This document shows positions 1 through 13,293 of a stretch of DNA of 64,000 bases, piece after piece. The stretch spans positions 19,036,001 to 19,100,000 of the forward strand of contig CM119372.1 of NCBI GenBank assembly GCA_051294905.1. Reading direction: 5' to 3'. The first letter of the stretch is position 1, and each line of letters opens with the position of its first letter. The DNA is from Botryllus schlosseri (taxonomy: Eukaryota). The notes below the pieces were generated by a model. That model worked only from the letters and a program-made list of their open reading frames with translations, was not told the origin of the DNA and ran no database searches. Both the position numbers and the translations under genes were made by a program.

Positions 1-3000
1 TATCGGACTTGGTGTCTTTGTGCGTAAGCACACGGATTGATAGTGTCGATTGCCTGTTCTCAAATGAAAAGCGAAAAAGGTGAATATAAGTTACATTTGT
101 CTGGTTTCAGTTCACATAACCGTCGCAGTGGGTCCACAATGTAATATTATGGAAACCACAATCGTAGCAAGATCAGATGGCATGCCACCAATCATTCAAC
201 TGGTAAATATGCGACGGGCAGTTGACACTTTGAATTTACACGTCTGCACTCCATTCTTACATGCTTAATTGTTTATTAGTTGTGGACCAGTATTGGAATT
301 GCCAATCACTGATTCTTTTCACTGCAGTGTCAATAACTTATATATTGGCGTCGATGCTGACATTTCAACACGTTCAAAATTGCATTGCATTAGTGGGGCT
401 GAGGGACCTGTACGGATTGTCATGAATATTTCATATTTACCATAAGGTCAATTCACTGCTGTTGAGCCTACGTCGATGCGCAAAGTTGCAAAGTAATATC
501 CTGCCGAAGTGGACTCATTTCATAATATTGAAAATTGTCGGAGATTTTGTGCCATTTCAGAATCTTGTTACTGATATCATAGGGATTGTTGATCAGGATT
601 AAACTTATTTACAGCAGTACAATAAAAAACACTCAAACTCGAGATAAACTCACTCCTGAGAGCAATGTAATGTGTGTTTAGTTGCTGATTGGTAGTTATT
701 GTCCATGCAGCATTGTAAGTCTAATCGATCCACCAGTCCATAATTTCCTAGGTGACTCATCCCATGAATTGAGTCAAGCTGTGGGTCACTTCCGTTGCCT
801 TGACGATTCTAGATTATTTATTCCGCCTCCAAAAATGGGTTGTCAGCAAAAAGGGACAGTTGTACGAGCTGTACAGCGCGATCTTTTACCATACCATGAC
901 ATCACTCAAGCACACTATATAATTTTTGTGATATAATCTGATGAGAATTATTCAAATTGGGTTTGAATATTCCTCTGTACAGTTGTGGACTGACCAACTA
1001 GTTGGATATATATTTCCTCATCTGCAAGCTTCGCTTACGTAACTCTTACGTAAGTTACGTTCACAATAATGCCCAGTCATAGTCAATGATGAGATCTAAT
1101 TATAGTTAGCAACCATTCAAGAATGTTACTGTTAGTAGAATGAATGAAACGTGCATGACCTCATTATTCATTGATCAAGTGCCTGTGATTTTAGAATTTC
1201 CTGTGTTGAAATCGTGTATCGGGAACGAATATTCAGAAAGGCAGACTCGTAACGGTTCAGCGATAAACAACCTGGATTAAATAAGGCTCCTTACGGATAG
1301 GCAACTCTCTGCACTATGCTTCTTCTTCCAGATTTTAGCAGGCCATGAGTCATTCGCACGATGACTGGTGTCTTTGCGTATGTTCATTGTTGTGTCATTT
1401 GATCTCTTTACCAGGCATTTCGAGTTCACATCTATGCACGAAAGTACTGCTGCCGATTTCGCGAGAATATCGCCCGAAGAATTTGTGAATTTCAATAAAA
1501 GGTAGGATGTATGCACGGGTGGTCAGTGATGGAGTGCTTACTGGCGCCACTTACTCAAGTGGCTGTGTGTTGGGACTGCTTCCACTTCTACCCGCATTTA
1601 CGGCGCGGATTTTGTGGTATAGAAAGTAGTGTTGGTATGTGCTTGCATCGTTTCCATTGTTCCCTCTAATTTTTGACGAGTCTGCGCATACTCGAACAAC
1701 TCATTGCGCAGACCCTTGGACAACAGTGCGTAACGACTAAAAAAAAAGGTGATCACTTCGGATTTTTTGTGCGCAACTTAGATTTTCTGTGCGCAGAGAC
1801 CGTGTCAGCACTGCGAGGGAACATAGCTCCCCACGGTGTCACAGTAAAAGTGATACCGTATTTTTTTAAAATTTCCCATGTTCATAGTGTCATTATTCAT
1901 TTTGCGTTACTTGTTAAGGTGCACCCTGTAATTTCAAAAGTGGCCACCACTGTAAATGCTAAAATATGTGATCTAACTCGAGTGCTTTTCATATCTTCAT
2001 TGGGAAAGGAAAGCTCGTTACGTATTTTTGTCCTTGATGTTTTTGCGGCATACACACCGACTCATGACATACATACGATCTGTGCATATGCAAACCATGA
2101 GTGCATGATGTGCATATGTCGCTGGACAGATATAGCCTTGTAAGGCTTTCTAAGTCTCGCACCTCCCCTCCATGCTATCCTGGTAATGCTGAGCGCCAAG
2201 TGGGGAAGTCGTGGATACCAGTGTTACTAATCACTAATCAGGTCTTTGGACTGACCCAACCGGGGATTGAACTCGCGACTTACCGCTCAAGAAGCCGGAC
2301 GCTTCACCATTGCGCTATCTTGTCTTATCTTATCTTATCTGCCTCTGCTTGAAGTAGTTTTCACATGTCTTTGAAATTGCTACTTCTTATTGTAATTCAG
2401 TAGAATTTACAGCGTTACTTGTGCTTGAGTAGCAACGCTGTCTGATTTCACCACGCCTGGTTACTTCCTCCTCATTCCGGTAAAGTAATATTTTGAAACA
2501 ATTTTGACAGATATCTGACTCGTGTGCATCCAAGCGCGGCCAGACTGGATTCTAGTAACTTTAACCCACAGGATTTCTGGAATTGTGGCGTTCAGATTGC
2601 GTCTCTCAATTATCAAACGCCAGGTATGGATCTTGTGGACTGTTGTTGTGTTGTGTTGTTTTCGATCTACCGAGTCCTTAAATTCGCGCAATTAACTGCT
2701 GGTCGTTTTTGCCCAATTTTAGATTCAGTGAAAACTTTTGTAAAAGTACGACACTCGGGGAGAGTGCTGACAACATCCCAACTCGATTGAGAATCAAAAT
2801 CCTTGCATGTTTGTGTCATTGTCATCTCTGAACTACAGTGCTGTAATGCTTTGATGTTTAGCTGCGTTTTTTTTTTCAAACATGATGTTGAGCTGTAGAA
2901 AAATCGGCAGTAAAACAGCATAATAGTCCGCAAACGAATCAACCCTAAACATGTTATAGGTATCTTCAATACGTTCTGTATAAACTGAGTTCTTGTGCAA

Positions 3001-6000
3001 TCCTGAGCTTCTATGCGACGCTGGCTACACAGTTGATTTAGCGACTGTGCGATTGTTTTTCTCACTCCGGACATGATACTTATGGCAGGTTTGATGATGG
3101 ACATCAACGACGGACGTTTCACTCTGAACGGCGGCTGTGGCTACGTGCTGAAGCCTACGATTATGCGGGAAAAAGTACGTTGAAAAGTACATCGTCATCA
3201 TTTTCGCGTTAGCCTCATTTGCGATTACTATTTTCGCCAATTGCCAAATCGATGATACACTGTGAGTTATAGCGTTGCAAAGTGAATTAGTGCCCATGTA
3301 TACGACATAGGTCAAAAAAATGGCGACCTGCAATTGAGTAGAGTAAGCTTGGCAGTTGTCAGCATGCCTAGTTACGAACAAAAATATTTAAACGGATATT
3401 AACGACTCATTCTTAATACCGAGGTTATAGTTGAACGTAAAGCTATCAACATTCACTGTCAGCAACCGTCGTTTCCTTATGAGAATGGTGTGCGCTGTGT
3501 GCCATCGCATGATATCGCAAGTGGGCATATCGTAACTTGTGCACTTGTGCCGAGGTATTCAAAAAAGCCAGCGTTGCTACCAATGTTGAAGCGGGAATAT
3601 TGTTGATTGTCGCGTACCTTTAGCAGTTAATCAGATGCGGCTACATTCTAAAATGCTAAGACGAAGCTTCGAGACTGATGACGCCACGATTTTTGAAAAT
3701 ATCTCTCCGTTACTGTGGTACAGGGGTTGTTTCGCTCGGTTCTTACAATAATTCTACTCGATACTGTCTCAACCCAAAAGGGCGTTCTGGTTTTTGAAAC
3801 GTGATATGTGAAAAGTTGTCTTTGTCTAAAAAACCCTCGAGTAGAAGTAGTAGCAGTCAAAACATAGAGCCACTCGTGTATGCATCACACATATTCAAAA
3901 TTTCCTTTAGTACTCCAAGAAAGCAGTTCTTTGTTAGTGACTTATGTGTCAAGCTCAATGCTCAAAACCAATCGCCTGAAGCGGTAGTTGGCAAGAGGTG
4001 GTCTGCGAAAAGTTTGTATACTGATAAATTAAAATAGATTAAGGTAATCTTTCTAATCAGAACGGGCGGTACTGCCTTACTGGGCAGTCAGCACCATTTA
4101 GTGGCCGTATGGTGTATGACCTTCACTCGGTTTTAATGTAGAATGTTTGTGTTTTTGAAGGCCGGTCGACGATAAAAAATTGCCTTTTGAAACCGGTTTG
4201 AGAGACGAAAAAAAGGCGACCGGGGCGTAACGGCCGCAATGTTTAATCTGACCTTCGCCGTTCTTTCTCGCAGGTGGCGTACTTCAGCGCGCGACAAGAC
4301 GACGTCATCCCGAGCGTGACGCCGAAAATTCTCCACCTGAAAATAATCAGCGGGCAGCAGCTGCCGAAACCGCGCGGCGGAGGCGCCAAGGGCCACGTCA
4401 TCGACCCGTACGTTCTCATCGAGCTGTTCGGGATGCCGAGCGACTGCCTGGAACAGAAAACGAAGCCCGCGTACGATTGCGGATGCGGCAATTCCACCGC
4501 GCTGTTTGACGCGTCGTTTGAGTTTCGGCTGACCGTGCCAGATCTGGCTCTTGTACGTTTCGTCGTTTTGGACGATGAATATATCGGGGATGAATTTATT
4601 GGTGAGTGAATTGACCGGGTTTTCATATGCAGTACTCGGAGGAGATGAGTGCGTTCTTGTACCGCGCGCCCGTCAAACATTTGCGAATTATGGTTTAGAT
4701 TGGGAGTTGACAAACTGGGGGTGATTCTTAGGGTTGGTCAACAATAAGTATCAATTGTAATGATTCAGCAGTATGAGTTGATTTTTCAAGTAACGTAAAG
4801 ATACATCAAGGTTACCGGTGATATTGCACCTACATAAAATCCTGTATTTCCATATTGACTAGCCTTGGTTCAGCATTGAAAAACACCTTGCACAAGGCTA
4901 CTAATATTCACGGAACGACATTTTTTCAAGTAGCAATCAATCCTCGCAATTGTCACAAAGCACTAGGAAATAGTCACGGTCCTGGAATACAAAATATTTT
5001 AGGGGACCTGAACCTGGCATCATTTCTCCATGGTCGTAAAAAAACGCCTATTTTAACCTTTTAAGTGAGGGGTGTCACTCGCGGGCCCCGCCAGTCAAAT
5101 TATCCCAAAATGTCACCTCAAAATCTATGCCCGTGTTGTCCACTTGAATACTCAATTATCCAGCCGACCGGTCATAGGGTTCTATTTTGTCGAGACCTTT
5201 ATTTGCGAACAATGGAGTTGGCAAATTGTCGGTGATTGGTGAGTTGAATACAGGTATATAAATTGATAAAACAGTGACTTTAACGACGATGTATATTGGT
5301 ATATTGTTATGATTGCTTTGTTCTAATCGTAATCTGACAATGGTCCCGTGTAGGCGTGAGGAATACACGAGATTTAACTGTAAACGTTGAAATTTGGTCC
5401 TATATTTTAAATATATTTTTGTAGCAGTTATGTTCTCCATTTGTCCTGCATATACCGATTTCTACCTGACGTTTTCACTTCTGTCAATAACTACATTTTT
5501 GTACATTTTTCCACAAAACTCGGAGCTCAGTGTGCATGTTTTTTCTTCTCGGAATTGTGTGTCAATGGCAGCGACTAGTTTCTTACGGTGATTACACAAC
5601 GCCACTGTCGGCTGCTTATAATGTGGCGTGTGAACAGACTCAAGATTTTGTGTCTTTAGGGATTTTTAAAGGAAAGTAGGCTATTTCATACTAAAAATCT
5701 CAACATTTGTCAGAAATGTGCTTGGTAATTCGGCCATTTTTTAGAATCGTTTCGCGGGCCAGATGAAATCGTCTGGCGGGCCGTATGTTTGGCACCCGTT
5801 TTAGTCATTGCTACTGTCATGACGGCACCATTATAAGGTAGTACTCAAATAATCAGTTGCCCAGTTATAGTTTGGTATCGAACTCCAGGGGTTTTGATAT
5901 TTCAGCACTCCGTCGAATTACAGTATAGTATGTGTATGTATCTATAATGATGTATTATTTGTGTTTTATGTTACATTTTTTTATGACTCTGAATGTGGGG

Positions 6001-9000
6001 TTCCCGAAGACTCGTTAGTTAAGGTTGAGAACCACTGATTTTACACCACAAGGTACAATTATATATTACACATCAAATGATGGAAGATTCAATGAGGATA
6101 ATTTGCATACGCGCTGATCAATTATAACAACAATATGCAACGAAATGTCACTTGTCGAATATAGACATTGTTCCGCTGTAAGTGATTATTGCCGGTTCAA
6201 TATTCGAAATATCAATATATTCCCTATAACATTTGTAAACCGGTTCGTCGCAGTCGTTCACAAGCGTTCAATTAATTACTGGACAATGGCATAGTTGAGG
6301 AGCATAGAATATGACATTGAGACATACTCCTTCGTGCATGTACTGACTTGGTGAGCCTTCTCATTCCGTTACTACTGAATGAAATGTTGAGCCTTATCAT
6401 TATTCCCCAAACCATCTTATTTATCTAATTTTGTGGGTGTCTGTGGGAACTCCGTCAAATCCAGTATTCAACAGTATTCATGATGAAGACATCCAACACT
6501 TCAATGCATCAACATTCTACAGCATAGGGCTAGAGTATGTGTTGCTGTAATTCAGAGGTAGTCGTACCATTATCTGCATATTGATAAGAGTGCGATGACG
6601 CATTGTCAAATGATTCAACACGCTGCCGCAATCTTGCGTCCTTGCCATAATAAGACTCCATATGAAAACATGAGAAACGATGATTTGCCGAAGGTGTGGT
6701 GTTACGCTACAGCTTGCAAAGTTATTTGAATGATTCCCTTCCTGTATTTGGTCATTTATAGCACAACTGGTTCTGGCAGGCTGGGTATAATCAATCTCGT
6801 ACAACTGACGTAAAGATTATGCCCTGTTGTTATGCATCTAGTAGCAAAAAGAATATGCTCAAATTTAGTGCACAGGTTATAATCACGTTTTTATAGCTGG
6901 CTAGTTAAGTTGCGATGCATACTATCATGCTGTAAATTTACGATATGAAATGCTGCCATTTGACTTTGATTTCCATTCGGGTTGTGTATTATTAATCATC
7001 TGAACCCATCTCTGTTTCAGGCCAGTACACGATCCCGTTCGAGTGCCTGCGCCCGGGCTACCGTCACCTCCGTCTACGCTCCATCTTCGACGAACCCCTC
7101 GACGACGCCACACTGTTTGTCCACATCGCAGTCACAGACGCCGTCTCGCAAATCTTCCAATCCTCGTCAGCCCCCTCCCTTAGCGGTGTAGTCAACAGCG
7201 CCGCCAGCGCCATTTCGCAGGCCAACGCGTCGCGAAAATCGCTGAGCAAACGTCACTCGTCGACATCGGTGCTGTCTAAACGCAACAAGAAGGCGCTGCA
7301 GCAGCAGCAGGCCAGGAGGGAGAGAGCGGCGGCCATGAGGGTGGTCGGGGTGAAGAGGATAGACGACGTGTTTCAGTCTGCGTCGCCGCCTTTGCGGCAG
7401 GTTGGCGAGATGAGAGAGAATTTAGGGGTTTCTCTCTCGTTCTTCAAGGTCAGTTTTGATGAGAAAATAATGATTTGGTGGTATCTGTGATGTTCTTGAA
7501 CTGTGGCCGCGGACAAGTTTTATGGGTTCGTGTGAAAGGGCACTGTCGAAATGATAACAATAAACTATAGAACTAGACTGTCCGTATTTTTTACTAGTTA
7601 GTGATACAATTGCTCACTCACACTGTTCTTTTCATTTCCCAGCTGGAAATATTTGGGTATTTTATCATGATCAGTATACACTGAACTTCAATGCTGCCAG
7701 TAAACCACTGCTGCCGCTTTTCTCTATTCTTGCCAACTACTTCATAATCACAGGCAGTTCCAACCATAAATGTACAAAAGTACGGCAATTCTAACATTAT
7801 GTGCAACAACGCTCGTTTTTAGTACAAAAAATAATCGCCCTAGTCATGAGGTTGCATTTTGGCATCACCGTGATTGAGTGAAAGTGATGGCTTTTTGTCG
7901 TCATATTTTGAGGTTCTCCTACTCAGAAATTTTGGCTGCTGTTACTTTATCATCCACAGTGATCCACCCACGTTACAGTATCAACCTTGGTCGAGGTCAC
8001 GATACAGGGGTCGTTTGTATACTACATATGTTTGTAAGTTATGACGGAAAAATACATATTGCTGCATGCTTGAATTTGTCTCTAAAAAGTAGTTTTTGGT
8101 TGCATGGTCTATATGCCCTGCATAGTTGCAATCCCTCGCTATTTGAAGACCAAAAGTACTCACATAAGTGGCATCAGAATGTAGATTCGGTAGAGACGTC
8201 GTGTACTTGTAGCGGTTAATCGGAGTTGGTTACTCTTGGAATCGCAAGATGTATCTTAGCGACTAACTCAAAATGACTGATGGTACTAGATATAGGTGCA
8301 ATTTCCGATAATATTTTCAGCAGGGTTGTAACGGCCCGGGCCATGACTCGACTCGAGTGTGACTTGAGTCACGATTTTTTGGTGACTCGACTTGACTCGG
8401 GTCACTTTTTCTCATGAAGTTACAACATTATTGGTATTTCGTCTATCAGTCCTGATCCTTGAGAAAATAGGGCCGGAAACTGTTGAGACTGAGGAAAAAT
8501 ACTATATTAGGAATGGGAGCCATTCTGTATCACCCGAGCAGAGTCGAACCAAATTAAACTGAAGACTGATCAATGAACATAATGGCTTGGACTCGGACTT
8601 GACTCGGTGGTGAATTGAAAATGACTCGACTTGACTCGAGTCAACACTAAGATAGTGAGATTGACATGTAACTTGGTTATAACTCTATATTCAGTTACCG
8701 TCATAAAAAGGGCTGTTTTGCCCAATTGTTATGAAAATTTCGCTTATGAAAGTGATGTAGACCCATCCCAAGTGTCCAGAGTGTAAAAAGTATGTAGAAG
8801 TGTAGACAGTCAAAACAAATAACCACTGAAAATCATCCAGTAAAAACTAATTGCCTTTCGCTTTTACCGTCTTTATCGATTTTGCAGGAATCGTGCGGGG
8901 TTTCGGCTCTGAGCTCCGTCAAGCAGTGCGTCCGCAGCCTCACTGAGAGGGCGAATATGGAAACGCAGCCTGGCGCCGGCAAAAAACTATCCCGTAAATC

Positions 9001-11945
9001 CAGCTCGGAGCCGTCGAATCCTTCGGCCAACGGCGTCACGCCGCAGGGCACGCCGAAACTGAAGGAGAGATCGACCTTGTCGAAAGCCAACTCGATCAAG
9101 GGATCCCTGGAATCCTTGTACGTGAAAACGGATTCTTCCGGAAAGTTATCATTGAGGATGTCGGTTCAAGAGGACGGGTGTCCGGCACTCGAGATTTATA
9201 ATGCGACGATGTTACACCCGTCCGCCGTCGACTTTTGGAAGAAGGTGCTCGCCACGTTCAAAGCTGTCGTCGGAGATGCGAAATACGTGATAGACAACGC
9301 CGATCGATACCAGAAACTGCTTTCTTCCATTCATAAAGAGGTGCTGAGTTTTCACGAGGTGAGACGTATGAATTGTCTGCGCTGACTGAGTGAGCTTCTC
9401 TTAGTTTAGTAATGGTAGAGCACTTGTGTTCAAGCTACTTCATACATATTTAGGTCGAGAGGCCCTTGTAATTTTGATGTATCTTTCGTGTATACCAGAG
9501 GTCATATTTTGCGGCCCGCGGCCTGATTTGAAATTTCGGAAGAACGTTTAGTGAAGCATTATGAAATGCGGGAATTGAATTTACGAATTGGCTCCCTAAT
9601 TAACGAGAGGTTTGAATTATTCTTGAAATTTTCTTCGCACTACGCGTGTTTCAATCCTAGCTGGTTTTCAATTTTAATATAGTAGCGTCCTCAGTAATCT
9701 GAGACACACAGTACAGATTCGAACAGCTGGGGAAATTTCTTTCTGGTAGGCCTACGTTTAGGCAAATCCAATATCTTGCCACTGCCGACAATCTTGATGG
9801 GAGATCAAGAAATAACAGCATGTAAAAAAGGGGACTAATAACAATTGGTCCACTCAAAAATGCAGCACAGTATTAATAACTTCCCTAGATTTTCGAAGAC
9901 GCCCCCCGCATCAACTCTACCTGTGAATCTGATCACATGGGACGAGAAAGGATAAATATTTGATAGTAATATGTGACACTATGCTACTATGAATGACGAA
10001 ATTCACCCATGAATATGAAACTGCAACTAGAAAGCGGATCCCTGTGACTATTCATAACAAAACTACTCCCCATTTCCGTGCGCATATTAAGCCGATATGA
10101 GTAAATGAATTAGTCTGAAGTTCACTGGCAATGGACAATTGGGCATGGACAGTTTAACGTGGGTATTTGGCCTCCAGCAGTTCCTTACGACCGCCGACCG
10201 GAATGCGGCCGCAGTCTACATAACAATCAAAATGCCGCCGTGAATAGCAAAAAAGTTGGCCACCCCTGCTTAAGTTGCTGGAGAGTGTTGTCAGGTATCG
10301 TGCGAATCTCATAGTTCAAAACAGAATGAAAGTGATGATCATGATATTTTTGTTATATTTGTATTTCTTCAATAAAATATTATTTATTTTGTGGTAACTA
10401 TGCCCGTCGCCCATGTTAGAGAGCACAGTGTTGTACTGACGTGTAGAGTTATCAAAATGTGGTTGTTAAACTGCGTTGCCTACTTTAATCTCGATATTGA
10501 AGGCATGCGGCCCGCGGCCTCTACGAATTCAGAAAAGTGGCCTGCGACCCATTTTGAGTTGGCGACCCCCGGTGTATACAATGTTCCGAGAATTGTTGAA
10601 AATATGTTTGTAGTTGCAGCTCAAATGTTGTATCCTGTATGATATGTATGTAGGTAAAATATGTTGGTAGTTGCAGCTCACTGCTGTGTGATATGTATGT
10701 CGGGAAAGTTCAATAACAGTGTCTTTCGCTTCTTAAATATGGTCAAATGGTTTCTGCCAGACTTCAAAACAGACCATGTTTCTATGTTACCTGCCTGCAT
10801 TCCACTTTGGGTGTATAAATATGATACAAATTCAAGAGTGGAAATAGAAAATCAAAGTACCGAAGTGAGTGAATGATTTCAAAAAGTAAATTTGGTCAAC
10901 GGGGACAGACACTTTTAGCAATCGACCAGAGGTGTTTCTTTTGCGAAATTGCCGGGTGCATCTTTGTGTGTAACGGAAAATGACAAATGACACTGTGACT
11001 AGCTGCAATTTTTGAAAGTGTATTTAGTTACAGTGACGCAGGGACTGTTTGGTCCTGTAGTTATTGACTATTTCACTCATACGTGTGACCCAAGCATATC
11101 CCGGAACTATTTTCTATCGAACAAATTGTAACTAAAACCTGTGAAGTAAAGGTGAAAAACATGACCAGTAAGTCATCGAGTTAGCAAAACCTAGTTCAGT
11201 ACTCTGAAAGAGTAGTAATTCGTTACTGACCACGACCAGTGACCACCTCTATGTAACTCTCTAATGATGTGGATCTGGTGCTCAATATTTATGAGCGCAA
11301 ATCCTGTCTGTTTATTTTGTCATCACATTGTGGAATCGCAACTCCTCTCGTGTTCAGGGGCTGCCATCATTGTTGAACGAAGCGCAAAACACTCTGAAGG
11401 AAGCCCCGCACGGCGCCGTCGGACCGGGAGGCAAGAAACAGAAAAAGAAATCCTCCAGAGAGAAACTGAGCAACAAGCACGCGCCGCAGTCCGTAGACTT
11501 CACCAAGCGGCTCGAGTGGGACTTCTCGTGGAACTGCAGCGTGATACAGGGACACCTGGACACGTTGGGCACCATCGAGAAAGAGGCGCGGGCCGTCCTG
11601 GCGCATTTGAAAGAGGCCGGCGTCGCCGCGGGGCTCGTCAGAGAACGGGGCGGCAGTTTGAAAAAGTCAAACTCTAAACTGTCGACGTCGTCGGACGGAA
11701 GCCGGGACTCGAGTCAGCCGGAAAAAAACGAGGACGACTCTGACTCGTCGTCTCGGCGCAGTAAGTCGCCCGACAAAAATCTAAATTCCAACAATAATAA
11801 AAACGGTGACGAGAACAGCAACGGGCCTAATACGCTTCCCTGCGAGACCGCGCCACCTGACAGACAGAATTCTTCAGGCGATAAATGTAACGATCGCGAC
11901 TCTGGTGGAGAAGGCGCGCTCATTTCCGGTTTGAAAATAGTATGA
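1..11945 (+). CDS. PLCL2: Phospholipase C-like protein (PLCL1/2, PRIP type), 3' part; 5' end upstream of window
   Basis: Exons with GT-AG and consistent phase: <1-79, 1415-1501, 2511-2623, 3089-3174, 4274-4601, 7021-7448, 8888-9358, 11358-11945 (TGA). Translation shows the Y box (LSDLVSLC..., [51 protein letters not shown]...[13 protein letters not shown]) and C2 ([28 protein letters not shown]...[34 protein letters not shown]). It also shows the PLCL-specific tail ([30 protein letters not shown]). It is probably a pro-orthologue of both PLCL1 and PLCL2. Confidence 0.92.
1655..1826. mobile_element. Small decayed hAT-like MITE
   Basis: Imperfect TIRs CATTGTTCCCTC / GAGGGAACATAG with internal TGCGCA motifs; no TSD preserved. 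Confidence 0.4.
2020..2319 (-). mobile_element. tRNA-derived SINE (MetaSINE-like central domain)
   Basis: Minus strand: A box TAGCGCAATGG (2307-2317), B box GAGTTCAATCC (2264-2274), then GGTCAGTCCAAAGACC...TGGTATCCACGACTTCCCCACTTGGCGCTCAGCATTA. The tail recurs at ~54870-54989. Confidence 0.7.
8321..8687. mobile_element. Deleted hAT derivative (same family as 23124-24694)
   Basis: Starts CAGGGTTGTAA and ends TTATAACTCTA (decayed TIR). Subterminal GACTCGACTCGAG/GACTTGACTCG blocks align with both ends of the 23124-24694 element. Confidence 0.75.
9496..10572. mobile_element. Fragments of Charlie/Buster-type hAT MITEs
   Basis: GCGGCCCGCGGCC subterminal motifs (~9511, ~10506) and end motifs AAAAAAGTTGGCCACCCCTG (~10250-10268) and TTTGAGTTGGCGACCCCCG (~10553-10571). 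Boundaries are uncertain. Confidence 0.4.
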
Positions 11946-13293
11946 ATTTTCTATTATTGCACTTCCTATGTCCTTTGTAGAGCTGGTTCCGCGTTATCGC
12001 CGTACGATGAAATGATTTTTTCTCATCCAGCATTCCTGTCTCTTCCATTCCTATTGAGATGCGTACGCGGATGTTTGTTTTCGGTGTCGATTACCACTGG
12101 CCGTGAAATTGTAGCGGACTTGGCCAGTTTGAAAATGTGACTTTTATGCGGTTGCAAGTAAAACAATACCAGCAATACAGTGTTGAAGACGGTGTGGTAA
12201 TTTCGATCACGCCGATTTCGTTGTGCGGGTGATTGGAAATGCCGCTTCTGCCAACATGTGCAGCGTTAGGCTGAAGGTTTTGGATGCTGGGATGTTTTCA
12301 AGGCTTCCAGGCAAGGGACTTGTAATTTGAAAACTCAAAAAATTTGTCTAATTTCTTGACGTGAATCGTCACATTTAATACTCCATCCCGATTCGAGTAC
12401 TTGAATCATTGTGCTCACCCGTACTTGGAGTAGGATTAGCGAATTATGAGCCTATTTTTGATATTCTCTCACAAGCTATCTTCTATCGTACAGAATCATC
12501 GCCCGTCGTTTTCGTGGTGTTTCGATTTTCGTTCCGTTTTTGCATGGTATATTTTTAATCCATAGTCAGTATGCTGATTTCTTTTCTGGTTTAGCGACGC
12601 GGTTTGACTGTGAATTATATCATAGTAGTTATATCGGAACTGCACTCTGCATTTTTGCTATTTGCTTTATCTTTCGATTCCGACGAGTTGCGTGTTTCAG
12701 ACTTGTAGTTGTTGTATTCTCTTTCGATTCATATTTGAATTGACGGGGATAGACATTTAGTATATTATGGCTCTATCTGATTGATGTTGATGTTGTGATG
12801 GTTCCAAAATTTTAACTTTTGTCTGTATTTGACTTATACAGTATTGAGAATCTAATGTTCCTTGGATGGAAGTCTTTATTTTTGTGTGGTGGGTAGCCGT
12901 GTTAGAAACCTCCGTTGTTCATAGTGCAAGGCGCTGCGATACAGGCATGACCCTCATACAACTGGGTTATCAAACATCCAGCCAGCACACCATAGCAGTC
13001 TGCCAGATAATGTCATCTGGCCGGGATATATTGCTGGTTTTATGAGAAAAGCGGTCTCGGGCACATCTAAGATTTCTTGATATGCAATGCAGTACACCCA
13101 AATCAATGCAAGACAGCAAACGCCGACTCCGCAGCCACCAGGTTTTCTGTGAAATCTAAATCTACTGATGAAAGGGATTACATACTTTATCAGTAATATC
13201 GTAGAGCGTTTTATTCGCGCTGGCGAACAGGTGGATCCGTATTATGATTGGGTAGTCTTCTAATAATAGGATGCAAATTCATTTGGTTATAAA

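Noticed and set aside
2250..2319. tRNA gene on the minus strand
   Set aside because: A and B boxes are present, but there is no convincing acceptor stem and it continues into a SINE body.
5080..5110. Possible antisense 28S match (CCGCCAGTCAAATT)
   Set aside because: Too short, and it fits a GCGGGCC-type MITE subterminal motif equally well.
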